Positions 1 through 13,946 of a stretch of 64,000 bases of DNA are shown here, one piece after another (the first letter of the stretch is position 1; each line of letters starts with the position of its first letter). The stretch is from positions 30,380,001-30,444,000 of the forward strand of contig NC_073404.1 of the NCBI RefSeq assembly GCF_028641065.1, written 5' to 3'. Both the position numbers and the translations under genes were made by a program. The stretch comes from Leucoraja erinacea (lineage: Eukaryota). Under the pieces are notes generated by a model that saw only the letters and a list, made by a program, of their open reading frames with translations, did no database searches and had not been told where the DNA came from.

Positions 1-2143
1 GATCAGGAGAACTCTCCACAACTCCTACAGATGCGCCGCAGAAAGCATTTCGATCGGGATGCATCACAACTTGGTTTGGGAACAGCTCCATCCAAGACCG
101 CAGCCCACGTCCAGGGGAATCGACAGCGAGAGGACAAAAACAAAAGGCCTCGGTACTTGTGACAATACACTGAACTAAACAGGTTTGAGGTGAGGGGAGA
201 ATGATTTAATGGGAATCTCGGGGAAACTTTTTCACACAGTGTGAGGTGGTTGGTTTATGGAACGAGCTGCTGCAGGAGGTGGTTGAGACAGGGACTATCG
301 CAACGTTTAAGTAACATTCAGACAGGTACATGGATAGGACAGGTTTAGAGGGAGCAAACACGGTCAGGTGGGACTAGTGTAGACCAGGCGTCTTGGTCAG
401 CATGGGCATGTTGGGCCGAATGGCCTGTTTCTGTGCTGTTTGACTATAACATAGATCGTGATGGTTAGCTGTAGGATAAAACTGCAGATGCTGCTTTAAA
501 TCAAAGGTAGACACAAAATACAGGAGTAACTCAACGGGACAGGCAGCATCTCTGGAGAGAAGGCTCTGCCTGTCAGGGTGAGTTACTCCAGCATTTTGTG
601 ACTACTGTACCTAAGTTTAATGGTTATATGCACTGACAATGGAACAGTGAAATTCTTCCTTGCAGCAGCACAACAGGCCTGTACACCTGACACACAGGGA
701 TAATAAATAATAAACAGAATCTCTATAAATTACCTAGTGCCAAATAATCTGCTGCTTAGGGCAACCTAAGCCAGCCCATAGAAGTTCATAGTTCATACAG
801 CAGTTGAGGTCCATGTTGTGCAGAGTTCAAGAGCCTGATGGTTGTTGGGAAGAAGCTGTTCCTGAGCCTGGGGGTCACGGTTTTCAGACTCCTATACCTA
901 TTGTCTATTGTCTATTGTCTATTGTCTATTGTCTATTAAAGATAGTGGAGTCAAGGGATATGGGGAGAAGGCAGGAACGGGGTACTGATTGGGGATGATC
1001 AGCCAATGATCACATTGAATGGCGGTGCTGGCTCGAAGGGCCGAATGGCCTACTCCTGCATCTATTGTCTATTGTCCATTCTTCCCGATGGTGGGAGTGA
1101 CAATAAAGAGTTGCTCAAGCAGTTTTCCCCCGCAAACCATCTCGGCTTGTAACATTTTCTCCCTTGAGAAATATCTTTGGCCCCTGCCATTGCTTTTTCC
1201 CTGCGTCCATCCAATATCCGATCCACCTGCGGACTATATGGACCCCAGATACTTTATAACTGTGTTCATGCCCTTTATGTGGTGACTATTTGCATACAGC
1301 AGGTGCCCAAGCAAAGACTTTCACTGTGACTCGTCATATGGGACAATAAAGTATTTGTTCATGTCCCCAGCTGCACCTTTGTGTCAGAGTGTCAACATAA
1401 TCAAAGTTGCTAGTGGTTCAAAACTAATTAGAGTATCACAGTATAAAATTAATTTGAGTATAGAAGTTAGGAGGTCATGTTGCAGTTAGATGAGATGTTG
1501 GTCAGGCCACATTTAGAGTATTGTGTTCTGTTCTGGGCAAAATGTTACAAGAAAGATGTTGTCGAGCTGGAAAAGGCACAGTGAAGATTTACCAGGATGC
1601 TGCCAGGACTTGAGTACTTGATCTATAGGGACAGGTTGAGCAGGCTGGGGCTCTTCCATGGAGCACAGGAGGATGAGGGGTGATCTTATAGTTGTGTATA
1701 ACACCATGAGAGGAATAGATTGGGTAGATGCACAGAGTCTCTTGCCCAGAGTAGGGGAATCAAGGACCAGAGGACATAGGTTGAAGTTGAAGGGGTAAAG
1801 ATTTAATACAAACCTGAGGGGTGACATTTTCACACAGAGGGTGGTGGGTGTATGGAATGAGCTACTGCAGGAGGTGGTTGAGGCTGGGACTATCGCAACG
1901 TTAAGACAGGTGCATGGATAGGACAGGTTTGGAGGGATACGGGCCAAACGCGGTCAGGTAGGACTAGTGTAGATGGGGTATGTTGGCCGGTGTGGGCAAG
2001 TCGGGCCGAAGGGCCTATTTCCACTCTGTGTGACTCTTTGACTCTAATTCTGGGATTCCTTTAGTATTCAGAAGATGCCATTTATTCAAATTAGTCATGT
2101 ATTTTTTTTTAAATTGCAGTTTGAGGAGAATCTTCCTACTCAC

Positions 2144-5100
2144 GTTCCACCGTTGACCTTGATGCTTGCCACTCTGTCCTGGAAACCGTAGGCCCATAAA
2201 CTGGGGATGTCCTCATCACAGATCTCCATTTTCCTTCCATCAAAGTTGGCGCACTCATGAAGACAGATCTTGTGATCCTGCCCGTCCTGGGGAGAGAGGT
2301 TCAAGAACTTTAAGTGAGGAAGGACATTCTTGCTATTGAGGGAGCCCAGCGTAGGTTTACAAGGTTAATTCCCGGTATGGCGGGACTGTCATATTCTGAG
2401 AGAATGGAGCGGCTGGGCTTGTACACTCTGGAGTTTAGAAGGATGAGAGGCAATCTCATTGAAACATATAAGATTGTTAAGGGTTTGGACACGCTAGAGG
2501 CAGGAAACTTGTTCCCGATGTTGGGGGAGTCCAGAACCAGGGGCCACAAAGAATAAGAAGTAAGCCATTTAGAACGGGGACGAGGAAACACTTTTTCTCA
2601 CAGAGAGTGGTGAGTCTGTGGAATTCTCTGCCTCAGAGGGTGGTGGAGGCCGGTTCTCTGGATGCTTTCAAGAGAGAACTAGATAGGGCTCTTAAAAATA
2701 GCGGAGTCAGGGGATATGGAGTGAAGGCAGGAACGGGGTACTGATTGTGGATGATCAGCCATGATCACATTGAATGGCGGTGCTGGCTCGAAGGGCCGAA
2801 TGGCCTACTCCTGCACCTATTGTCAATTGTCTATTGACTATGGGGGGGGGTGCTTCAGTGCAGAGTTCAGTGTGGTGATGGCCTTGGGATAGAAACTGTT
2901 TGTTAGTCTTGTGGTGTACGCCTTGATAGACCTGTAGCGCTTTCCTGAAGGCAGAAGGGCAAACTAGTGATAGGAGTGGTGACATGAGTCCTTTAGGATG
3001 CAGGATGCCTTCTGCAGCGACAGGAGCTACAGATGTGTCAGTTTCAGTTTAGTTTATTGTCACGTGTACCGAGGTACAGTGAAAAGCTTTTTTGTTGCGT
3101 GCTAACCAGTCAGCGGAAAGACAATACATGATTACAATCGAGCCGTCCACAGTGTACAGATACATTATGAGGGAATAACGTTTAGTGCAAGGTAAAGCCA
3201 GTAAAGTCTGATTAAAGATAGTCTGAGGGTCACCAATGAGGTAGATAGTAGTTCAGCACTGCCCTCTAGTTGTTGTAGGATGGTTTAGTTGCCTGATAAC
3301 AGCTGGGAAGAAACTGCCCCTAAATCTGGAGGCATCGTACCATCACATGATAGGAGAAGAATTAGGCCATTCGGCCCATCAAGTCTACTCTGCCATTCAA
3401 TCATTGGCTGATCTTTCTCTCCCCCCTAACCCCATTCTCCTGCCTTCTCCCCATAACCCCTGACACCCGTAGTAATCAAGAATCTATCTATCTCTGCCTT
3501 AAATATTTCCACTGACTAGTGGCCTCCACAGCCTTCTGTGGCAAAGAATTCCACAGATTCACCACCTTGTGACTAAAGAAATTTCTCCTCATCTCCTTCC
3601 TAAAAGAACGTCCTTTAATTCTGAGGCTGTGACCTCTAGTCCTAGACTCTCCCACTAGTGGAAACATCCTCTCCACATCCACTCTATCCGGGCTATCTAT
3701 AGACGCAGTCTTTCCGCTGACATGACAGCATGCGACAAAAAGCTTTTCCCTGTTCTCTCGTACACCTGACAATAAACTGAACTATGTCGGAAGGAACTGC
3801 AGATGCTGGTTTAAACCGAAGATAGACACAAGAAGCTGGAGTAACTCAGCGGGACAGGCAGCATCTCTGGAGCGAAGGAGTGGGTGACGTTTCGGTTTCG
3901 AGACCCTTCTTCAGACTAAACCAATTTGTAACATGTTAATGTTCATCTCCAGCACTGATAGCCAACTGAGTAATTGGAGATGAGGCTTCGCGTCTTACCA
4001 TCTTCACGGGCCGGAAGGACATCATGCAGTCAGTGCGGTAACTGTTCGACCAGGAGTCCCAGCGAGGGTATTCCCCCTTCTCCAGCATGAACATCTCCCC
4101 GCAGAAGTTCTGCTGCTCGTAGCCCACCCACCTGAAACAACACAAGAGTGCAAGAGAAGTCAACAATCCCCCCAAGAAATTCTGAATGGAGTCAAGTCAA
4201 GTCAAGTGAGTTTATTGTCATGTGTCCCTGATAGGACAATGACATTCTTGCTTTGCTTCAGCACACAGAACATAGTAGGCATTTACTACAAAACAGATCA
4301 GTGTGTCCATATACCATAATATAAATATATACACACATGAATAAATAAACTGATAAAGTGTAAATAACAGATAATGGGTTATTAATAATCAGAGTTTTGT
4401 CCGAGCCAGGTTTCATAGCCTGATGGCTGTGGGGAAGTAGCTATTCCTGAACCTGGTTGTTGCAGCCTTCAGGCTCCTGTACCTTCTTCCTGAAGGTAGC
4501 AGGGAGATGAGTGTGTGGACAGGATGGTGTGGGTCCTTGGCGATACTGCCAGCCTTTTTGAGGCAGCGACTGCGATAAATCCCCTCGATGGAAGGAAGAT
4601 CAGAGCCGATGATGGACTGGGCAGTGTTTACTACTTTTTGTAGTCTCTTCCTCTCCAGGGCGCTCAAGTTGCCGAACCAAGCCACGATGCAACCAGTCAG
4701 CATGCTCTCTCTACTGTGCACCTGTAGAAGTTAGAGAGAGTCCTCCTTGACATACCGACTCTCCGCGATCTTCTCAGGAAGTAGAGGCGCTGATGAGCTT
4801 TCTTGACGATTGCATTAGTGTTCTCGGTCCAGGAAAGATCTTCAGAGGCGTGCAAGTCCAGGAATGGAGAACTCGCATCAAGCATTTAATGGACGCTGCT
4901 CAGGGGTAAGTGAAAGCCTCACACAAGGGAAGGTAGACAAAAGTACTGGAGAAACTCAGCGGGTGCAGCAGCATCTGTGGAGCGAAGGAAATAGGCAACG
5001 TTTTCGGCCCGAAACGTTGCCTATTTCCTTCACTAGGTTGCCTATTTCCTTCGCTTCATAGATGCTGCTGCACCCGCTGAGTTCCTCCAGCACTTTTGTC

Positions 5101-8100
5101 GACACTCACACAAAGGAAGTTTGGTGTCTATCCAGTGCTCTAGTTGTGGACAAAAATGTGCTGGTTCACAGGACTAACGTGTCTTCATCTGGCAGCTCGT
5201 TCCATACACCTAGTGAAAAATCTGCCCCTCGAGTTCCTATTAAATCTTCCCCACCTCCCCCCCTCACCTGAAACCTGTGTCCTCTGGTTCTTGATTCCAC
5301 TACTCTGGGAAAAACGCAGTGTATTCACCCGATCTATTCCCCTAATGATTTCATACACCTCTACAAGATCACCCATCATACTCCTGCGTTCCAAGGAACA
5401 GAGTCCCAGCCTGCACCAATCTCTCCTTTTAGGTCAGGCCCTCGAGTCCTGGTAATATCTTCATTCATCCTTATTTAGAGGTGGCGCAGCGGTAGAGTTG
5501 CTGCCTCACAGCGACATGTCAGAGACCCGAGTTCCATCCTGACTACAGGTGCTGTCTGTACGGAGTTTGCACGTTCTCCCCGTGACCTGCGTGGGTTTTC
5601 TCCGAGATCTTCGGATTCCTCCCACACTCCAGGTTTGTAGGTTAGCTCTGCAGCGGACAGGAGAGCCCTTCAAAGGGTCATCAACACCGCACAAAAAATC
5701 ACTGGCTGCCCACTGCCCTCCCTGAAGGACATCTTCAGCTCTCGCTGCCTTGGCAGGGCAGCCAACATCCTGAAGGACCCTTCCCACCCTGGACACAACC
5801 TGTCCCACCTGCTGCCCTCTGGCAGACGGTACAGGTCTTTCAAAACCCGCACAAACAGACTCAGAGACAGTTTCTACCCCATAGCCATACGTGAATTTAA
5901 CAATGCAAAATAAGTAATAACACTCACATTCAACTGAATGGTTCTACCTCAGCTGCTATTGTTATTTATCTGTAATTTTTTTATTTTTTTTATATGTATG
6001 CAATTTTATCTTATCTTATATATTTAAAATTGCTCTTATGAATCGCACCGTGGGATTGACTTTAAATTTCGTTGTACCACCATGTGCAATGACATTAATT
6101 GGCTTTGTGTAAATGTAAATTGTCCCCTAGTCTGTGTAGGATAGTGTTAGTGTGCGGTGGGATCGCTGGGCGACACGGACTCGGTGGGCCGAAGGGCCTG
6201 TTTCCGCGCTGTATCTCTAAGCTAAACTAAAGATGAAGAGAGAGGGAGATAGAGAGGACACTCACGGTCCACACTCGACACGGATGGACCCCACGCGGTC
6301 GAAGCCTCGGTCACAGATGTTCCTGCACTCGCCGTTAATATCCACCCATCGCCCCTGGAAGTTTTCATGTTCGTAGATGATGATCTGAGAATCAAGGAGA
6401 GAGGAATGAGGATGAAGGGCGGCACGGTGGCGCAGCGGTAGAGTCGCTGCCTCACGGCTCCAGAGACCCGGGTTCCATCCTGACTACGGGGCCTGTCTGT
6501 ATGGAGTTTGTACGTTCGCCCCGTGACCTGCGTGGGGTTTTCGCCGAGATTTTTGGTTTTTGATCCCACACTCCAAAGACGGCACAGGTTTGTTGGTTAA
6601 TTGGCTTGGTGGTATGTGTGTATTGTCCCTGTTTAAGAAGGAACTGCAGATGCTGGAAAAATCGAAGGTAGACAAAAATGCTGGAGAAACTCAGCGGGTG
6701 AGACAGCATCTATGGAGCGAAGGAATAGGTAAAGTGTCCCTAGTGTGTGTAGGATAGTGTTAGTGTGCGGGGATCGCTGGTCGGCGCGGGCTTGGTGGGC
6801 CGAAGGGCCTGTTTCCGTGCTGTATCTCTAAATTAAACTAAACTAAACTAAACTCAGTCACCGCTGCATCACTGACACTTTGACGCTTACCTGAACACTG
6901 GGCATCTTACCGCTGACTGGATCGCACGCAACAAAATCTTTTCACTACACGTGACAATGAACTAAACTGAACTAATCCAGTGATGATTTACTGTATGAGG
7001 GTGTTGTCAGGATTCAAGGGCCTGAGCTATAGACTGAGGTTGAGCAAGTGGGGACATTAATCTTTGGAGGGTGAGGGGCAATCTTATAGAGGTGTCCAAA
7101 GTTATGAGAGGAATTGAGAGGGTGAATCTTTTACCCAGAGTAGGGAAATCGAGAACCTGAGGTCACAGGTTGAAGGTGAGAGGGGGAAGATTTGTTAGGA
7201 ACCTTATGACTGTTGGCAGACCAATTTCCCTCCTGTGTCATAGTCGTTGGGGGGTGGGAGATTGCAACCTTCACCTGGTCCGCCCTGTTTCGGCGAATGC
7301 AATCAACCTGCCGTGCACAGTCAAATAAGATCAAATAGAACAAGTTGGCCAACAACTTTAGGCTGCGTACGCCGTACACAAGTAGTAGAAGAATCATAGT
7401 GGTAATCGTAGCAATAGGAAGCTTTTCACTGTGCCTCAGTGTGGGTGGCAATAATAATCCTAAAACTCATCCAATAAGCAGTCTGTCATGGGATTATGTC
7501 ATCCATTCTTTTCAGAAACTCCAAGTTATTTCACATTAAGGTTTAAAAATGAGGGCCATTGTTTAACAGTATTGAATTGAATTGAACGATACAGCGCGGA
7601 AACAGGCCCTTCGGCCCACTGAGTCCGTGCCGACCATCGATCACCCCTTCACACTAGTTCCATGCTATCCCACTTTCTCATCCACTCCCTACACACGAGG
7701 GACGATTTACAGAGGGTTGATTAACCTGCAAACCCGCACGTCTTTGGAGTGTGGGAGTGAATCGGAGCACCCAGAGAAATCCCACGCGGTCACAGGGAGA
7801 GCGTGCAAACTCCTCACAGACAGCACTCAAAGTCAGGATTGTACCTGGGTTTTCAGTTTAGAGATACTGTACAGCGCGGAAACAGGCCCTTCGGCCCACC
7901 GAGCCCGCGCTGACCAGCGATCCCTGCACGCTAACACTATCCTACACACACTAGGGACAATTTTTACATTTACTCCAAGCCAATTCACCTACAAACCTGC
8001 ACGTCTTTGGAGTGTGGGAGGAAACCAAAAATCTCGGAGAAAACCCCACGCAGGTCACGGGGAGAATGTGCAAACTCCGTACAGACAGCACACGTAGTCA

Positions 8101-8295
8101 GGATCGAACCTGGGTCTCGGGCGCTGTGAGGCAGCGGCTCTACCCGCTGCAGTGATTGCTTGTTTTCATTGACCTCTATAAAAACACATTATTAATAACT
8201 TTTGAATGGAAATACAAGGAGACACATACCCTGTTACTGCGCAGGCCGGATGCAGAGTGGCTCCCAATGCCGCCTTGTGTTCCACTGTGTGACAT
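2144..8295 (-). CDS. Beta-B-type crystallin (betaB1-like paralog), 3'-partial; coding exons 8295-8230, 6384-6266, 4131-3999, 2286-2144; last (Greek-key motif 4) exon not found in window
   Basis: Spliced translation [22 protein letters not shown]|[40 protein letters not shown]|[44 protein letters not shown]|[48 protein letters not shown]. One Greek-key motif per exon, canonical GT/AG sites, phases 0/2/0/2. [14 protein letters not shown] and YPRWDSWS are betaB-type signatures. Confidence 0.92.
2310..2836 (+). mobile_element. 5'-truncated CR1 LINE 3' end
   Basis: [45 protein letters not shown]...ESRTRGH plus CR1 tail. Confidence 0.85.
4190..4860 (-). mobile_element. Rex-Babar-type LINE 3' fragment
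   Basis: [14 protein letters not shown]...[11 protein letters not shown]...CIVAWFGN...[11 protein letters not shown]...[12 protein letters not shown]; (GACTT)n tail. Confidence 0.8.
6417..6855 (+). mobile_element. tRNA-derived V-SINE (HE1-like), representative of many copies in the window
   Basis: A-box TGGCGCAGCGG, B-box GGTTCCATCC, V-domain GGAGTTTGTACGTTC-CCCCGTGACCTGCGTGGG, CR1-like tail ending (AAACT)n. Further copies e.g. 8400-8700(-), 10005-10320, 24560-24840(-), 34485-34790, 45430-45710(-), 48488-48750, 49372-49650, 59340-59640. Confidence 0.85.
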
Positions 8296-8909
8296 TGTGC
8301 TGACAGCTAGAACAATCAACAAAGAAAAACAAATCTATTCAGTTTTGATGCTAAGTATATTTTACACCGTTTTTATTAGTGACTTGTTTAGTTTAGTTTA
8401 GTTGAGAGAAACAGCACGGAAACAGGCCCTTCGGCCCATCCAGTCCGCACCAACCAGCGATCCACGGACATTGACACTACCCTACACACACTAGGGACAA
8501 TTGTGTATTTACACCAAGCCAATTAACCCACAAACTTGTACGTCTTCGGAGTGTGGGAGGAAACCGAAGCACCCGGAGAAAACCCACGCAGTTCACGGGG
8601 AGAACGTACAAACACCGTACAGACAGCGCCCGTAGTCAGGATTGAACCCGGGTCTCTGGCCCTGTGAGGCAGCAACTCTACCGCTGTGCCACCGTGCCGC
8701 CCTAAACTCATATGTATAACCCAGGCAGCCAAGATAATCAACAACTATTCTGAGGCTGTGACCCGCTGGTCCTAGACTCTCCCAATGGTGGAACCATCCT
8801 CTCCACATCCACTCTGTCCAAGCCTCTGGAAAACATGGACAGGTGACGTTCCGGGCCGGGACCCTTCCTCAGACCCACCCCATTGAAGACTGACTTCCCC
8901 ACAGCTCAC

Positions 8910-9150
8910 CTAACAACAGCTCGCTGCTTTGCCAGGCAAGAACAAGTATGATCAGTAATGTTTAGGCTGCAGCTCATCGTTTTTATACCCCCAGAGGATT
9001 TGCACCTTGTTTTCCTTTCTCCCCCTTTTTGAACGAGGTTGGGTGATAAACAGATGGACAAAGCAAACTGCAGAGAGCAGGGTTAGCAGAAGCTGACTCC
9101 AGCCCATTGCATTGTCCCACACTGGCAACATCGCGCACATCAGCATAAAA
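8910..9150 (-). promoter_or_regulatory. Putative promoter and non-coding exon 1 of the betaB crystallin
   Basis: TATAAAA on minus strand at 8987-8981; donor TAG|GTGAG ending an exon at 8910; AT-rich half-MARE TTTTATGCTGA at 9150-9140; MARE-like GCTGACTCCAGC near 9092. Maf sites are established crystallin promoter elements. Confidence 0.55.
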
Positions 9151-11559
9151 CCCTCTCAGCCGCAGACAGGAGAGGATCAGGGAACAAAGAGCTGACTGAC
9201 TAGACTGCTTTGCCTGGCTCATGTTTAGCTTATGCTGCAAGTGTCATAGAAATATTTCCGTTTAGCAAGAACACAAAGGGGTGAAATGAGGGGTAGCCTT
9301 TTTCACACAGAGAATAGTGGTGGGTGTATGGAACGAGCTGCCAGAGGAGAGAAGGGCCTCGAGCCAGAAATGTCACCCATTCCTTCTCTCCAGAGATGCT
9401 GCCTGTCTTGCTGAGTTACTCCAGCTTTTTGTGTCTATCTGCCAGAGGAGGTAGTTGAGGCAGGGACTATCCCAACGTTAGACAGGTACATGGATAGGGC
9501 AGGTATGGAGGGATATGGACCAAACAGGTGGGACTAGTGTAGCTGGGACATGTTGGGAAGTTGGGCCAAAGAGCCTGTTTCCACACTGTATCACTCTATG
9601 ATATGCTGAAGGCTTCAGGTGAATTCGATAAACTAACCAACACATTACACACCCTCACCTGTTCAATTACATTTTTTTGTTAAATTTGCACGTTTATCCA
9701 AATGTGGGAAGTTGATGAGCAGGTGGTTGTCCAGGTAAGTGGATAGGAACATGGGCCCAACGCAGGCAAATAGGGAAACGTAGAAACAAAGAACTGGTTT
9801 ATGCCAAAGATGGACACAAAGTGCTGGAGTCACCCAACAGGTCAGGCAGCATCTCCGGAGAAACAGGACACGTGACGTTTCTTCTTCGGGTCAAATGGGA
9901 CTATCTTAGGTGGGGCCCCTTGGTCAGCATGGGTGTTTTGGGCTGAAGGGCCTGTTTCCGTGCTGTCTGACACAATGACACAAGTACATGTCTCCAACCA
10001 TTTTAAGGCACAGCGGTGCAGCGGGTAGAGCTGCTGCCTCACAGCGCCAGAGCCTCGGGTTCGATCCTGACCTTGGGCGCTGTCTGTACGGAGTTTGTAC
10101 GTTCTACTTTTGACCGTGTGGGTTTCCTCCGGGTGCTCCGGTTTCCTCCCACATCTCAAAGACGTGCGGGTTTGTAGGGTAATCGGCCCCTCTGTAAATT
10201 GTCCCTAGTGTGTAGGGAGTGGGTGGGAAAGTGGGATAGCATAGAACTAGTGTGAACAAGTGATCGATGGTCGGCACGGACTCAGTGGGCCGAAGGGCTC
10301 GTTTCCATGCTGTATCTTTTAACCTATTCGATCAATTGAACCGTAAATTAATGTAGAAATGGGAACAAGAGCGTTATTATGATTTCAGTTTCAGTTTCAG
10401 TTTAGTTCATTGTCACGTGTACCGAGGTACAGTGAAAAGCTGTTGTTGCGTGCTAACCAGTCAGCGGAAAGACAACACGTGATTACAATCGAGCCGTTTA
10501 CAGTGTACAGATACATGATAAGGGAATAACGCTTAGTGCAAAGTCCGATCAAGGATAGTCCGAGGGTCTCTAATGAGGTAGATAGTAGTTCAACACTGCT
10601 CTCTAGTTGTGGTAGGATGGTTCAGTTGCCTGATAACAGCCGGGAAGAAACTGTCCCTGAATCTGAGCTGCCCAAAACACACACCTCCAGGTTCAGAGAC
10701 AGTTTCTTCCCAGTTGCCATCAGGCAACTGAACCATCCTACCACAGCCAGAGACCAATCCTGAACTACTATCTACCTCATTAGAGACCCCCGGTCTACCT
10801 TTGATCGGACTTTACTGGACTTTATCTTCCACTAAACCTTATTCACATTATTCCATTCATCATTTATATCTAGCACGTAGCAAAAGCTTTTCACTGTACC
10901 TCGGTACACGTGACAATAAACTAAACTGAACTTTAGTTGTGTGTGTGGTTTTGTGTTATAGTCGCCCCCATATTTGGTTTGGTCCTTGGCTACAGAGCCC
11001 CTGTCAACAACAACTGTGTTTCAGTCCAGCTAATTCCTTTTTCCTGAGTGTAGTTGAGTTTATTAATGCCACGTTGCGTGTTATCCAGTCAGCGGAAATT
11101 TAAGATCTTTAGTTTAGTTTAGAGATACAGCATGGAAAATGGCCCTTTGGCCCATCGAGCCCATGCTGACCAGCGAGCACCCGTTCACAATACTTCTGCG
11201 TTACCCCACCCTCTCATCAACTCCCTACGCATTAGCAGTCATTTTACAGAAGGCCAATTAACGTACATGTCCTTGGAAAGCGGGAGGAAACCGGAGCTCC
11301 TGGAGAAAACCCACGCGGTCACAGAGAGAGAACGTGCAAACTCCACTCCCGTAACCAGGACCAAATTATTGTTATATTATTTATAGTTATAATTAGTTTA
11401 GATTGAGGGATTAATTATAATCATAACTAATGTATTTATAAAATAAATCGAATTCTATTATCCTGACATCGTTCCTTGCTCTTTTAGTAGTAACAATACT
11501 GCCACTGCTAAAAGAGCTACTGGGTGGCATGATGGCGCAGCGGTAGAGTTGCTGCCTTA

Positions 11560-11795
11560 TGCCCCTGTCCCACTTAGGAGATCTGAACGGAAACCTCTGG
11601 AGACTTTGGGCCCCACCCAAGGTTTCCGTGCGGTTCCCAGAGGTTCCCAGAGGTTTTTGTCAGTCTCCCTACCTGCTTCCACTACCTGCAACCTCCGGCA
11701 AACCACCTGCAACCTCCGGGAACCACACGGAAACCTTGGGTGGGGTCCGAAGTCTCCAGAGGTTTCCGTTCAGGTTTCCTAAGTGGGACGGGGCA
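11560..11795. mobile_element. Palindromic MITE (PIF/Harbinger-like) inserted in a SINE
   Basis: About 90-bp inverted arms starting TGCCCCTGTCCCACTTAGG; TTA target-site duplication at 11557-11559 and 11796-11798. Confidence 0.75.
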
Positions 11796-12674
11796 TTACA
11801 GCGCTTACAGCGCTGGAGACCCGGGTTCGATCCCGACTACAGGTCCTGTCTGTACGGAGTTCGTATGTTCTCCCCGTGACCTATGTGGATTTTCTCCGAG
11901 ATCTTCGGTTTCCAAAGACGTACAGGTATGTAGGTAAATTGGCTTGGTAAATGTAAAAATTGTCCCTAGTGTGTGTAGGATAGTGCTAATATCCCATAGT
12001 TTCAAGAGAGAGTTAGATTTAGTTCTTCAGGCTAAAGGAATCAAGGGATATGGGGAAAACGCAGGAACGGGGTACTGATTTTAGATATCCGCCACGATCA
12101 TATTGAATGGCGGTGCTGGCTCGAAGGGCCGAATGGCCTACTCCTGCACCTATGTTTCCATGTTATTATGTGGATATCACTGGTCGGCGCAGACCCGGTG
12201 GCCGAACGGCCTGTTTCTGCGCTGAATCTTTAAACTAAACTAAACTAAATATCTCAAGTAAGCTAAATTTGTCCAACTGAAACAGCAGAGAGACAGATTC
12301 CATTAAGTTTGATGTTTAAGGAAGAACTGCAGATGCTGAAAAAATCAAAGGTAGACAAATATGCTGGAGGAACTCAGCAGGTGAGGCAGCATCTATGGAG
12401 AGATGGAATAGGTGACGTTTCTGGTCGAGACCCTTCTTCAGACTGGTCTTGACCCGAAACGTCGCCTATTCCTTTTCTCCATAGATGCTGCCTCACCCGC
12501 TGAGTTCCTCCAGCATTTTTGTCTACAAGTAAGTGTGATGGTTTGGCGTACAATTTAAGGGCTTTGTAATTTTTTAATAAATTGGATTTAATAGGCCACA
12601 TTGAGCAGTTGTGTCTAGGTTTTTGTCTAAAGTTATTTGTGCATATACTGTGGGCGTGCAGATTTTAATCTTTC

Positions 12675-12885
12675 TGCTCAGACAGCAACAGAGTTGTGGC
12701 ACAAATCCCTGGGATCAGCCGTGGACAATGACCTGTTGACGTACAGTATTGCCCGCTGTGTGCATGGCAAATCACACTCCAGCACTTCTGACTTTCCATT
12801 GAAAGTTTGACTATATATAGTCGAGGGGAATTTGAAATCAGAATCATCTTTGGAAACCTCACCACACCGCACCGGCCCAGCTACG
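12675..12885 (+). promoter_or_regulatory. CRYBA1: Putative CRYBA1 promoter and non-coding exon 1
   Basis: TGC-N7-GCA MARE-like TGCTCAGACAGCA at 12675-12687; SOX-type ACAATG near 12725; TATA-like TATATATA at 12812-12819; donor ACG|GTAAG after 12885. Confidence 0.55.
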
Positions 12886-13344
12886 GTAAGATTCACCATC
12901 GTCGGTTTTATTTTATATTTTAAATTTGGTTTAGTTTAGTTTGTTGTTACGTGTACCGAGGTACAGTGAACAGCTTTTATTACTGTGTGCTTAACCAGTC
13001 AGCAGAAAGACTATACATGATTACAATCGAGCCGTCCACAGTGTACAGATACAAGATAAAGGGAATAACGTTTAGTGCAAGGTAAAGTCCTGTACAGTCT
13101 AAGTAAAGTCCAGTAAAATTAAAGGTAGTAGTAAACTCCGATTAAATATAGCAGAGTTGACCAAGTTTAGGTTTAGAATAGTTCGTTAAGAATAAAGTTT
13201 AATTTAGTTTAGTTAAGTTTAGTTTATTGTCCGATTAAAGATAGCATTTTGACCAGATTTGTCCAATTTACTTCAATACATTGAAGGTTTATTTGTGTTT
13301 TTAAAACCACCCTCCTGCACCAGTTCTGCTCGTAATGCCACAGA

Positions 13345-13838
13345 GTTCTTGCCATGGAGGGAGTACAGAGAAGGTTCACCAGACTGATTCCGGGGATGGC
13401 AGGACTTTCATATGAAGAAAGACTGGATAGACTCGGCTTGTACTCGCTAGAATTTAGAAGATTGAGGAGGGATCTTATAGAAACTTACAAAATTCTTAAG
13501 GGGTTGGACAGGCTAGATGCAGGAAGATTGTTCCCGATGTTGGGGAAGTCCAGAACTAGGGGTCACAGTCTTTTAGGACCGAGATGAGAAAATCAGTTTT
13601 CACACAGAGTGGTGAATCTGTGGAATTATCTGCAACAGAAGGTAGTTGAGGCCACAGTTCATTGGCTATATTTAAGAGGGAGTTAGATGTGGCCCTTGTG
13701 GCTAAAGGGATCAGGGGGTATGGAGAGAAGGCAGGTACAGGATACTGAGTTGGATGATCAGCCATGATCATATTGAATGGCGGTGCAGGCTCGAAGGGCC
13801 GAATGGCCTCTACTCCTGCACCTATTTCTATGTTTCTA
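13345..13838 (+). mobile_element. Young 5'-truncated CR1 copy in CRYBA1 intron 1
   Basis: [37 protein letters not shown]...; very similar copies at 25945-26225, 31470-32290 and 35838-36340. Confidence 0.85.
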
Positions 13839-13946
13839 AAGTGCAGATAAGCCTTTTTATGCATCAAATTATTGATAAAATCCTAATTTTAAGATGAAAT
13901 TATACTCTGTCCTAAAATGTAGGTTTGACAACACTGAAGAATCAAC

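Noticed and set aside
1-2100. Last exon of the betaB crystallin
   Set aside because: No [11 protein letters not shown]-like exon found; the region is LINE/Penelope fragments, so the exon is probably left of the window.
6417-6490. tRNA gene
   Set aside because: A/B boxes belong to SINE heads followed by the V-domain and a LINE-like tail; no standalone cloverleaf.
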